DNA of 64,000 bases, from assembly GCF_018977255.1 (NCBI RefSeq), contig NW_024704743.1:50904001-50968000 (forward strand), read 5' to 3'. This DNA comes from Callorhinchus milii (taxonomy: Eukaryota). Every line of letters begins with the position of its first letter. The stretch's first letter is position 1. Of this stretch, positions 38,482-50,865 are shown one piece after another. A program made the position numbers and the translations under genes. The notes beneath the pieces were generated by a model. That model made no database searches, was not told the DNA's origin, and worked only from the letters and a program-made list of their open reading frames with translations.

Positions 38482-39794
38482 CCCTGCATGTCTCCTTTCA
38501 CAATCAGAAAATCGCACTAGGCTTTTTTTTTTGGAATAAATTTGATACCAGACTGATTATCTTATTTCTCCTTTCAAATATGGTATCCTTTGCAGTTTTA
38601 TCTTAACCGTTACAAAACTGGCTTAATATTCTCGTAGAGGAAGAAAAAAAAATCCCGCAATTTAGCTTAATGCGATGGCAAGTCTCCTGGATAAAAAGTA
38701 ATTGTCAAATTCTTGGAGGATTTCTTTCACTGTTATATTTTAACAGCAGCCATTGCATATATCCAGCCGCAATAATGGAATAAACACATTTTGTTTCTTC
38801 CTCTGCTTTTATAATCAAGTGGTGAGATGAAGAGTGCAAACTGAGCCTGGAAAAATATATTAGCTGTATGTTTCTATGGCATAAACAGAAACATAGCTGC
38901 AAATTCTGACTTGTAAATAGTATTTTCATGTTGAGCACAGTACTAATCTACTCCCCATCCCCCCCCCACCCCCATGTATATACAAAAATATAGTAACATC
39001 GATCTATGTTATTTTATGGTAATTTTTAATTCAGTGCTGAGAAAAATGACCACAGAAAGCATCCTGACAAGGGCCAGATGTTTTGCAAAATAAATACATT
39101 TGTATATTTCTACCACTATATCACAGCACGTTCACCCAAAATGAACGATGAGATAAATACAGATATTAGACTTGTATTCAGAAGACGCTAGTATGGGAGC
39201 TTTGTACTAGAAAATGATGTTCACATTTAAAATACAGTAGAAACATCACCAACAAATCAGTGCAACTTGGACTATCAAGCATCCGGATGGTCACTCAGCA
39301 CCACTTGAGATCAATTGGTGATATTTGAGCTTGAATCCTTTCTTCTTCAGGTAGCTCTTCGCAGTGCAAATGAATGGACTATACAAGTATAGAGGGCTGA
39401 TGTTCCTCCCTCCATGTGTGTCTCACTATTACATGATCCCTCCAATAGTTTCCCATCACCATTGCAGGTGCTCCTTGGATCTCCAGCCATGGTCAACATA
39501 ATTTTTTTCAATTATTTGTTTTTGTGCTTATGCTAAGTTATGGTAATATCATGTTGGGAAATGGATTGTGGGGGGGGGGGTGTTGCTTCCAAAAGCAAGA
39601 TGTACCTTTTTGACTGCAATTTCTGTCACCTTTCCATCAACTCTCCACCAACCTTGCTTGGCTTCCACCCCCAGCTTGGGTGCCCAGACAGCCCCTATCT
39701 AATCAGGCCAGTAGAGAAGGATGAAATGAACACGTTCCATTACTCTACCAATATGAGTAATTAGACCTCAACGTGTGCTTGTAAGTTTACAAAT

Positions 39795-40170
39795 AATGAA
39801 TAAAACTTGCATTTGATATAGTACCTTAGCACTTTGAAAGATTTTGAATCGCTTCACAGCAAAGGTGTCACTCTCGAGTGCAATGACTGTATTTGTAGGC
39901 AAATGCAGCAAACAATGCTTCAACACTTCCATGAAGTTATTGACCAGTTTGTCTGGAAAACTTTTCTTATAATGTCATGGAATATTTAATGTTTGCTTGA
40001 ACAGGGACTCAGTTTAACATTTAATCTGAAGGACAGTATCTCCAGCAATGCAACACTTCCCCTGAACCATGTTGGAACATCAGCCTAAACTTTAAACTCA
40101 AGGCCACAACTTTTGGCTTGAAGCCACAAATGTCTGATCCAGTGGCATGAGCGCTAATAAATGAGCCACA
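39795..40170 (-). mobile_element. Deu-domain SINE, decayed, near full length
   Basis: Colinear with 32469-32890 and 6968-7365. Confidence 0.7.
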
Positions 40171-40388
40171 CCACAGAGATGCTTCAAGAAGAAAGCCCTT
40201 TGGACCATTTGCTCTCAGTCTTCCAGCATGCTACATTCTTTCCAATACAGTATAGAGCATTTTCAATATTAAAAAAAAGACTTGTTTGCAGAAAAAATAT
40301 AAATACAAAACTGCCGAAAATACAAGCGGCAGCATCTGATGAGAAATCTTGGGCAATGTTTTGAACCGTCAATTTATTATTTATTACT

Positions 40389-40738
40389 CTGGGAGTAATA
40401 ATCCCTCAAAAAAAATGCGGTCACTCAATCCATGACTGTTTGTGGGACACTGCTATACGCATTTGACTGACGCATTTTGCCCACAAAACACTCATTTTGA
40501 GTCTTTTCAACAACAACAACAAGATTCCATTTATAAAGCGCCTTTCACGTCAGGAGGACGTCCCAAGGCGCTACACAGTTGGGTCATGACCCGAGCAGGG
40601 GGGAAATGGTCAGGGTGAGGGGAGGGAAGGGAGGGAGCAAGAAGGGGGAAGAGAGTCGAGAGGGGAGCTGAAGGCTCGGTCAACGAATTGATAAGGCACT
40701 ATATCAAATGCAAGGATTAATATTATTACTATTATTAT
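40389..40738 (+). mobile_element. tRNA-headed SINE 3' half split by an antisense L2 3' end (40509-40683)
   Basis: SINE body runs to ~40508, then (CAA)n and the L2 stem-loop on the minus strand, then the SINE resumes with gataaggcactatatcaaatgcaagg. Confidence 0.8.
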
Positions 40739-41883
40739 TTGATGAAGTGCCACACTCAAATGTGGGTCTGCTTTTCTCTTCAGATGCTGATTGATTTTAT
40801 GTTTCTGGGAATTTTAGGTTTATCATAGATTTCCAGTGATCCCTGTTTTTTTTATTCTGACTTTTTTTTCCTTGTGTCGTGCTGCCCAGGTGGCACCTAT
40901 CTGCTCTTTGACTGGCTGACATGGTTTGCTGTTTTTTTGTCAGCCGGGACATTCCCTGACAGCTTTTGTTCCTTGTTCAGGTGCATTGCTCTGACTCTGT
41001 GCTATGCTCCATCTGCCGGACCTGCCAGAATCTGCCCAAACTCACCCAGCAAGAGAGGGTCAATGCAGAGGTCAATCAGCACTGGGATTCTGACCAGCTA
41101 CCATCTGGATAGGAGCAGAGGTGTCATTCTGGTGCTTCTTAATATCTTGCAAGAAAGAATCACCCCAAATACACCGGCAAACCCCACAAAACATTCCAGT
41201 AAAATCCATAAAATTACTCCAGATTTTGATTTTGCCTTTTTATAAACCACTGTGGTCTGTCATAATAACCCAAAAAGGATCAGCTGACTCATATTGCCAT
41301 TCCTGCTCGCTTTGCATGTCTGCTTTTTCCACTATCTTGTTCTCTGCTTTCCCCAGCCACTCTTTAACTCATCACTGACATTTTCGAAACCTTCCAGTCT
41401 TATTCCATATTTCTTTGCTGTCTACACTCTATATATCGGCGTGTCAACCCGGCTCAATTGTTAGCACTCTCTCCTCTGAGTCGGAAGATGCTTTGAACTC
41501 ATATAGTCTAAGCTGATGCTCCAGTGCAGTGCTGCAGGTGTGAAAGGCAACAAGAAAGGTGCTATACCATATGCAAGGATCATTATTATGTAAAATTATA
41601 TTAACTCATTGGCTTTCATAATAGAATCATCCCATTTTTATGATTCAATGAAAATAATTCTTGCATTTAATGTAGTGCCATTTCGCATCTTCGAGACATC
41701 TGTAAAGTGAATTGACTTTATATTTTGTGGGTGAAATTAATTAATTGATTAATACATTATACTTCTAAATACAATTATAATCATTCTTTCACATGTTTTA
41801 GTGGTAGGTCAGTGCACTGTAGAAAAAAGCAACATAGGTGTGACAGGACTTTGTGAACACTTTGTATATTGCTAGTCAAAATT

Positions 41884-42601
41884 TACTGCTCCGCCCTCCC
41901 CTCCACTAAATCGTTTTTCTACTCCAAGACAATCTTAGAGGCCAAGGGTAACCCCAGGCTGCTCTTCTCCACCACCAACCAGCTCCACCGCCCACCCTCT
42001 CATGCCTCGGCCAACCTCTCCTCCAACTTAAACTGAGAGGAAATGCTGGACTTCCTTGAGACCAAAATCAAACTGATCCGCATCTGCCCTTCCAACTAAT
42101 AACTCCTCCCCATCACCCACTCACACTCCGGCCCTACCCAACCCTCCCTCCATACCTTTGAACCTGTCTACCCCTCCTCATTTAGCACCATCATAATCCA
42201 TATAAAAGCACCACCTGCTCCCTCGAACCCATCCCTACCCCTCTCCTTACCTTCCAGCATCACTTCCTTGCCCCTCTACTCACTGACATCAACAACCTCT
42301 CCTTGTCCATTGGCACTGTTCCCACCTCCTTAAAAATAGGTGTCATAAACCTTATTCTCAAAAAACCTTCCCTAGACCCATCCCTGCTCTCTTGCTCCCT
42401 CCCTTGCCTCCTTCAAAGCCTGTCTCAAGACCCTCCTCTTGAACCGCGTATTCAGCTACCTTCCTACCCCTACCCTTCCTGCCCTCCATCCCCCCTCTCC
42501 CTGATCACAAAACCCTGCTTGGGTCCAAATCCCTGGCTCTCCAGAGCCTTTGAATGTCCTCCCGATGCGAAAGGCGCTATACAAATGTAACTTGTTGCTG
42601 T
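41884..42601 (+). mobile_element. L2 LINE with large internal deletion
   Basis: Colinear with 56175-56690 up to LKKPSLDPSLL, then jumps to the 3' end and tail. Confidence 0.85.
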
Positions 42602-42939
42602 TTGCCTTCAAAGTGGTTGCTTGACTTAACATTTATTTTTATAGAGTTGATGTGTCAAGGGGGTGAAATCTAACTCTTTATAAATTGATCCTGAGGCCTC
42701 TGATCTCGGAGGAGATGCTGTCACCTTGTTGCTGTTTATCTTGGTTTTTTTTGGCTTTTTGTTTATGCGATTTGGGAAAAAATGCAAAATGTTATTTAAT
42801 AATGCTCCCTGAGATGATACTAATTATATCACATATGAATTTTCCCTCTACCATTAGAAAATCATTCAATTAGAAAGAAATGTAAATTATATACTCAAGC
42901 AGATAGTATCAACAACAGATTGTGTATCTGGTATTATTA

Positions 42940-43245
42940 GAAGATCACAAAATTGGTCTGGATGAAGGAGGCTCTTTGGCCCATTCGATCTTATCAGACC
43001 AGAAGGCACATCTTACTGTCCCCTCATTGCAGCATCAAGTTGCTTTATAAATGAGTCTAGTGTCCTGGTCTCAACCACCTTTTCTGACAACCTGCTCCAG
43101 TCGTTGATTACCCTCTGTGTAAAGAAAAACATCCTGGTATCTGTCCTGAAATTGCCCCTTAAACTTTAAGCTATGTCCTCTTGTTCTACTGACATGCTGC
43201 ATCCTAAAGTATTCAGCTGGATTTACTTTTCTAATCCATTTAATT
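42940..43245 (-). mobile_element. CR1 LINE 3' fragment
   Basis: Translation KVNPAEYF...SRTRGHSLKFKGQF. Confidence 0.8.
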
Positions 43246-44298
43246 TTTTTATCACAGAGCTTTAAACAGGGAGAAGGTCTGGAGCACAATTCACAAGTTT
43301 CAAGAAGATGATGCAAGGATAGCATATCTAATAAGAAAACCTAACATTTATATGGCATAAACAACAGCTGAAGAAATATCAATATGCTTCGAGTATCTCT
43401 AGATGAACAATAAAGGAATACCTATGATAAAATACAGAGTAATATTTCAAAATATGGTATTGAATATTATAATATAGAATTTTGTAATAATAATAAAAAT
43501 CCTTGCATTTGATATAGTGCCTTATCACGTCTTTGAGACATCTCAAAGAAAAACTGTTGTAATATTTCATATCTATCAATGGTAATAAGTCATGAGAGGG
43601 TAAGCTTTGAGAGAACAATCAGATGTTACATTGGAGGAGCCTGTTGTTGAAATTCATTTGAAGTTAAGTTGTAAATTCACAGTTGAATAATCTGATGCTA
43701 TTTGTTGTCTAGTTTTCAGAAATTAAGTATAGTCTCATGGGTATGAATATACTCAGCACCCTTAGAACCATACACCAGCATGAATCAACACATCCAAGAG
43801 AGCAGAGGAGAAAGTTGGAGGGGGGGGGAAATCCTTCATTCCTGGTATTTGTCCAGGAAAAAAAATATCCATTGTTGTTTTCAAGAGGAATGTAGATAGT
43901 AACCTGAAGGATAGAGGCTTGAAAGGGTATGGGACCACCTGGGACTAATAAGTTCTTCCTCAAACAATATAGAACTTTTCTGAACTTTTTCTCATTTGGA
44001 TAATTCAAAACACTACATAAAAAAACAACAGTAGGTTCAAAGTTACACTCAAAGAATTATTTACCCCCAGCAGTACACTGGGGTTTTAGTAATAATAAAC
44101 AATAAGGAATGGAATTTTTCTCTCATCCGTAACACTAAAGGGAAAATTCCACTCTGTATATCTTGACCATCTTCGCCAGGAAAGAATAGACTGTTTTGGT
44201 ATAAGTCACAAATCTGCCTAGTCCAACATCAATGCTCAGTTTTCAGTTGTTTTATTTGTTTCCTATTATAAGTGCATGGATACCGTCTGTGTTTCCCT

Positions 44299-44607
44299 GG
44301 AGTCCTGTAGCTCAGTGGTTAGAGCACTCGCTTTGCAAGTGAGAGACCTGAGTTCAATTCCAGGCAGAGGGCGAAACCTTGGGCAAGTTTCCTTACTCCA
44401 CACGCCTAATAATAATCCCTCCAAAAAAAAACAATAATAAATTGGTCATTTTCAATCTACGACTGTTTGTGGGACATTGCTGTGCGCAATTGGCTGCCGC
44501 AATCGCCCACAAATATACAGTCAATTCACTTTACAGTGTGTTCTGTGAAGCGCTTTGGGACGTCCTCCCGACGTGAAAAGCGCTATATCAAATGCAACGA
44601 TTATTAT
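44299..44607 (+). mobile_element. Young tRNA(Ala-like)-headed SINE, full length, short variant
   Basis: Near-identical to 28724-29046; L2-type CTCCC loop in the tail. Confidence 0.95.
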
Positions 44608-45183
44608 GTACGAGATTTAGACATTCACATCTTGGATTGCTTGCAGTGATGTGTTTGAGCAACACCTCTTGATCACCTCTGGCCGTCAATCCTTGTAGAC
44701 TTAGCATGACAATGGTCCAACAGGGCAACCAAATTCAAGCAGTGACTGTGAGTAAGATTCTTCCCATTTCAATTGAGGCTGCGCAATGCTGTGTTGGCTC
44801 ACAGAAGTACTGTACTGAGCCCTCTCAGTGGTGTACTGAGTGTTGTACTATTTCAATCCATGAAATTGCTCATATAAGTTCCAGTATTGTAATTGATTCA
44901 ATAATTCACAATATAAACATATATGTGTAAGTCTATGGCATAGTTCCTTATCCAAAGTAAAGTTAATGACTAGAACAGATTACCAGGAAGGCTGGTTGAG
45001 GCTAGGATTCTAGACCCATTTATAATATACCTTTGGGGCTCTGATTGAAGGATGGTAGTGTGGGAATTCTGGAAGGATGGGCTGAAGAGCCTTCTTCAGC
45101 TGAATCTCATGTGATCTTTTGTGATCTTATGATTAACTTGATTTAACTCTGTCAGATAGCGATCTATTGAATTAAAGGTCACC

Positions 45184-45248
45184 TAACTGACTGACTGACC
45201 GACCGACCGACCCCCTGTCTGCCTGATCGATCGACTAACTGACTAACA
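45184..45248. repeat. (ACTG/ACCG)n microsatellite
   Basis: actgactgactgaccgaccgaccgacc. Confidence 0.8.
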
Positions 45249-45870
45249 AACACCCAGTACATGCCTATTGTAGAACAGATGCTGCATCTCTTCTTTTACC
45301 AGTTCAGAACACTGTGCTAAACACAGCTAGGGCAAAGTGAAAACAGTCCAGAAAAGTAAGTTTCGCTCTGTTCAATAATAATCAAAGCTGTTATGAAACA
45401 TTGCATTTTTCACCCCTACTGTTCCACAAGCAATTTCAATACAAAATGAGGACCTATGTCAGAGATCTGTATTCTTTCATGCAACAAAGAGCAAGTAAAC
45501 TTTAAGTACAACTACCCTGGAAATAATATACATATTCAGGTTCAAAACTACGGGGCTGTTCTCTGTCAGTAATGTGACAATGTTTTGCAGAGTGTGCTCC
45601 AGTGGAAAACTGAAATTCTGATCTGAGTTTTGTGATATATAAAAGTACTTTACAGAGTTACCAAGAAAACACAAAGGATTGTGTCCAATTAAATTATTTT
45701 CACATATCACACTGTTTTTAGTAAATTATTTTGTTTATTTAATTTCAGCACAATATTTGAGACGTTTTTAAATTAGACTTGGCCACAGCAGTTAAATGGT
45801 ATCAGCACCATTGCTTCCACCTCCAAAACAAATCATAGAGAGTAAATCACTTCCCCAGAAAAGCCATCCA

Positions 45871-46094
45871 GACCCAAAATTCCACCTAGTGTTAGCCTGT
45901 AAAACCATTTTCTCTTAAAATATAAGATCATCCAGAGTGTGGAAAAATCTCAAATTCAGTCTTAGTTTGTTTTTAAGAACCGTGGAAGATTGGCCTCCAA
46001 ATTAAGGTTGAATTTAGAAAATTCTACAATTCTGCCTAATCTTAAATTTAAGACAAAATAATCTCAAGGCTAACAATAGGTGGAATTTCAGGCC
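45871..46094. mobile_element. Palindromic MITE (~224 nt)
   Basis: Left gacccaaaattccacctagtgttagcct versus right (reverse complement) ggcctgaaattccacctattgttagcct; symmetry extends more than 55 nt. Confidence 0.8.
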
Positions 46095-46707
46095 AATGTG
46101 GAGTAAAGGTCAAGTGTACCCACTTTATATTCCAGACTGAAGAAAGACCTTGAGTATGAATAGGCCTGAGTGAATATCAAACCAAAATATTCTATGAAAT
46201 ATATCTGAGAGACTAGTCATGCATCATCCATTTGTTGCACTGAATGTAAAGTGGGAGAGGAATCAAAATGAAATATCTATTCTAATTGTAATTTAATAAT
46301 TAAGATGATAAAAGATGAGCTGCTCAGATACAAGCCACAGAATATTTTGACATGATTGTGAATAAGGCCTATTGCAGATAAGGACTTCTATTTTGGGAAT
46401 TAAGCCACATAGTAACATTTATCAGAATTATGTATATATATCTGGCACGTATTTATTGTAAGGTAATTACTATTTTTCTCATTCCCCATACAGAGCTGAA
46501 CTGACTCCAAGGTGATGTGATTGCCAATGGATTATCAGAATCAAGTCAATTCTTTATGTTGGCCTCAATAGTCCAAGAACAACAAGAACAACAAATTGAA
46601 TTTATATAGAACCTTTCACATTGGGAGGACATCCCAAGGTACTGGGAATATAGTCCAGTTCCTGAGCCAGACATGTCCACAGTACTGCACTGCTAATGAT
46701 AGACCAG

Positions 46708-46932
46708 CCAGCCTGGTTCATTGTCAGGACTTGGAGAGGCAGAATGGGGGCAGAAATTCGTCCCACTCAATGCACATTCTGGGGTACTTCTAAGGAGAGA
46801 CTGCACATTCCATTCCAAACAGAGGAATTTCCATATTTTGGTGGGTTGCATGAAACTCTCAGTATGGTTTGGATACTCTTAAGCATCCTACTGAGTTTCC
46901 ATAGGTGTCAAACCCGCCTGACTAAAACAAAC
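46708..46932 (+). mobile_element. Family X copy with both ends and a large internal deletion
   Basis: Starts ccagcctggttcattgtcagg; ends ggtttggatactcttaagcat...gtgtcaaacccgcctgactaaaac. Confidence 0.7.
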
Positions 46933-49084
46933 ATGTAATCTCTCCGTATAAGCACAATCTCTAGCTAAGGGGATACTGACAGACACCTTACTACCAAGCC
47001 TTTTTTAATTACTGCTCAATAATATTTTCAACTCATAAAATTTTAAAATATATATTCCTTGAGAAGTATAAGCTTAAATATCAGACAGACTTTGTCTTAA
47101 ACCATTCATAGAAAGTAAATTTTCTGACAGTTTGGAAGATGTGAAGGTGTTCGGCTACAGAAATCTGTGTAGGCTGAATCAATGGAGGATGTTTAACAGA
47201 AAGACAGATATATTCTTGCATAGTAGAAGTATTAAAGGGAATTATGAAAGGACCAGCAATGGGATTAAAAGATCTGCCAAGATCCAACATACTTGTGGAA
47301 AAGGCTTTATGTGCTGAATGGCCTTTTCCTGTTTTTCTATAATTTTGAGTTGTTTATAAAGTTACAATGAACAATAATAATAATACAAAAGTCCACATGA
47401 ATAAAGGTGAAAAATGTAAGATGCCAGGAAGAAGAACCTGGTCACAAGCAGAGAGACATCTTGGAAATGGTTTCTGGTTCATAACTGGAGGGGGGGATTC
47501 AAACTTTCAGCCAATAGAAATAGAGGAAAAAATGGATTGTTTCATAAAAATGTTATATTAAATTTGATATTTATTGACTCTGAAATGAAAAATATTTTTT
47601 TACCATAGACTTTGAAATTGTACAATATGAGGGGGGAAGCAACTGGGATTAAGTTCCCTGGAAACATTAGAAAAATGTATTCCATACATGGATATTTTAG
47701 GAGGTCGTTTTCAAAAGCAAATAATGATAAGTAGCGCTTTTCACATCAGAAGGACCTCTCAATGCACTTCACAGGATTTATTGTAAAGTGCAGTGACTGT
47801 GTGGTTTGCAACCAAAGCGGCAGCTAATTTATGTACAGCAATGCCCCACAAACTGAATGACAAATTCTATTGGGGGATTGTTGGTCAGGACACCAGGAGA
47901 AATTTCCTTCTTTTTTTCAAAATGTATATATAATTGGACACTTACGGTTTTAATCCTTTAAATGTACAGAACAAAAGGAGGGGCGAGCCAAGGCCAGGTA
48001 TTCCCTGGATACATGTCTATTTTGTTGAAAAGAGTTTACCTTGCATGGTGTGGCAAACCAAGCACACCTTGCAAATTATGATTCTGCAGAACATGCAGGT
48101 AAAGAAGGTTTGATAAGCAAAGTGACAAAATATAACAGAATGCTAAATAAGCATGGCAGAGAAGCAGTTAAATGTCAATAGTTGCCAGAGATGAATTTTT
48201 ACACTTGCATGACACATATCATGCGAATGGGAGCAGAAATCCTCAGGCTTATGGTTAGTAAAATATGGATGCACAGAAGCTAGAGCTGAAAGTCAGACAC
48301 AGATGAACTCATGGGAAACACATAAAGGAAAGACAGAGGGTCATAAGAGGCAAAAGCTAAAAATGCACAGACTTGTGAGAAGTAAGCCGGAAAACATGGA
48401 GTCTCATGGGATGTACTAAATTCCTTCATCTATAAACAGGAGTTTAACCAACTAGCAATACCCTTTTTAAAGTCTGCTCCAGTTGTCATGTTAAAGAGAC
48501 AGGATGGTTTTTGTTGGCCTTTAAGGTTGTGGTGTGTGCATCTAGTTAGCCACTGACATGACCAGAAGATCCCTGGTGGTGCTTCATGGAGGAAGGATGG
48601 AAATGCTTTGATGCAGCTCCGCAGAACACAGAGTGGTTATGGCCTTGGAACCTAAGGAGTCAGACCAATGACATAAGGAGAAATTCCACCTGGGCCCATA
48701 TTTATTCTATTTACCTTGTGCTTTAAACAAGTTCAAAAAACAACTTCAGCTTTCAGGCTGTATTTAATAATGTGCCAACTGCTGGATGCTGTGAAATTCT
48801 ACATAAAAAGAGTAAATCTAGATTATTTCTAGTTTTGAGCTGTGACCTGTGAGGTAGCTTGACTTACTGTGCCCATGGAAAGATGATTTGCACCAGGCAT
48901 ATTGGCATCAGTTGAATGTTTCTGCCTGTGCCAATGCATGTGCTAATTCTGTTTTTCCTATACGTTGCAGAACAAGTGAGGTTGTGTTGAAGTGCTGAGT
49001 AGCATGTTGTATCTCAAGCTAGCTTATGGCATGGATAAAGTTAAAGATAATACAGCAGTGGTACTGATAATTCAACAGTGCTAA

Positions 49085-49650
49085 TTACATCTAGAAGGGG
49101 TGAGGGGGGGTAGAATGGCCTGAAAGGAGGCAAGGGAAGGGGCGAGGAAAAGACACTTCTTGATGGAGCTTCAGAGAGTGGGTGAAGATACACTGAAAGT
49201 CTGACCACTGACAAAGGGGAGGGGAGGTGAAGCAGGCTAGGGAGTGGCCAGTTGGTAGGGCTTGTAGACAGCAGAGGCTGCAGTAAGACCATAGTATGAT
49301 TTAAAGATTAGGACAAAGATGCTGAATTAATTTTCTGGGGGATGGGGAGCTAGTGGAGCCTGGCGATGATGGAAATGATAGGTTCAAGGAGCATAGTACA
49401 ACAAAGGACATGAGTTGCAGAGTTCTGAATAGTCTGCAAAAGCAGCCAATGTTATAAAGATGAGTAAAGCTGAGCAGGTCAGAGCACAGATGTGACGTTT
49501 AATGGATAGTTGAGAGTTGAACAAAGTTCCAAGGTTCTGCGCAGGCTCCGTGTGTGCATCCAAGTAGTTTGATGCTGTCAGTGCCTGTGGTGAGAAGTTG
49601 CTGATAGGAGCCAAGTAATAGAGCAATGTCTTGTCGACGTTCAACAGATA
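49085..49650 (-). mobile_element. Old L2 fragment
   Basis: Decayed translation LNVDKT...QNLGTLFNSQLSIKRHICAL. Confidence 0.65.
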
Positions 49651-50606
49651 TGGACTCAAATACCCTATTCCTTTTCTTTACCTTAAAGACCATTGCATGG
49701 ATGGTTTGTAAATCTAATTTTTGTGCATAATATCTGCCAAGCTTAAGTATAAATACGTGCTTTGGATCCTTAATACTTAATTCCAGAAAAGGCCACAAGG
49801 CTATGGATCAATCTGGTTGAAGAACATCAGCTGCTCTGTAATGGTTTTTTACTTATTTACAATTCCTTGTAAACATCGAGATCTAATATGAATACACAAC
49901 ACCATCACTATCAGAACGATCATAGGAACAATTTGAAACTTAGGATTCTTTGCTCATAGACACTTTATACCATTGAGTAATTTATTTCCCAAGATTCAAG
50001 TTATGACAAAGATTGGCAGAGTCTCTTTAAAGGGAATGTCAAAAGTTGATGATCTGAAAGCATATGAAGGTCAGACAGAAATGTAAAGCTCTTGCACTGT
50101 AGGGCATATGTCACTGCAATTGCTTAAATATTAATGTACAATTTTTTTCTCCATTTAATGAACAGAATTGGATAACTATTAAGGCCCGAAGAAATATATG
50201 TGTATTACTGAGAGCTAAAGTAATTTAGCATGAAACTTAAGCCAAAACAAACCTGGAGTGAATTATTGGCAAAATGCACAGAGGAATTTGTTTGATTACA
50301 AAGTGACGCAGTAGTCAACAAAACATACCTTCAGACATGTTATTTCAGTTGAGTCGGATATCCTGGTAAGTGCATGAATGGTTTGCCAAGAAGCGTCACA
50401 CTGTGGGTAAAGCCCATTGCTTGGAACAACAGCTCATTAATAAAATGACCCACTTTGTAATATTTCTTCTTCTGAACATTTTGGTTCATTTGTGCTACAA
50501 GTTAATGTGAATACAAACATGATTGTATATAAGAAAATATTTTTGGTTGTATTTTATTAGCATGATGACTTATCTGCACTGGGTGTGACAATTCTCAATG
50601 AAGACG

Positions 50607-50865
50607 GAGCCAAAGCCCTAAAGGGTAGGGTAGTCCTAGTTAGACAAGCAGTGGGAAGCTTTCCAGTCAGTGTTTATAATGGCAAGCTACAAGGTTTTAG
50701 TTGGTTAATCACCAGCAGTACCCCAAGTGTTGGGGTCCTCAACTCTTGACTCTTGCCAAACTGTGCCTAACACTTTCCGGATTAGGTTAACGGGCTGCGA
50801 CGCTCCAGGAAGAGTGCACATTCCATTTCAGACAAACAGAAATGTTCATGTGTAGGTTGTATGCA
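50607..50865 (+). mobile_element. Family X internal fragment
   Basis: aaagccctaaagggtagggtagtcctagttagacaagcagtgggaagc...ccagcagtacc...ggattaggt matches the reverse complement of ~4975-5235. Confidence 0.75.

Noticed and set aside
41057..41074. GGGTCA-n6-AGGTCA as a retinoic acid response element
   Set aside because: The spacing is 6 nt, not a canonical DR1, DR2 or DR5.
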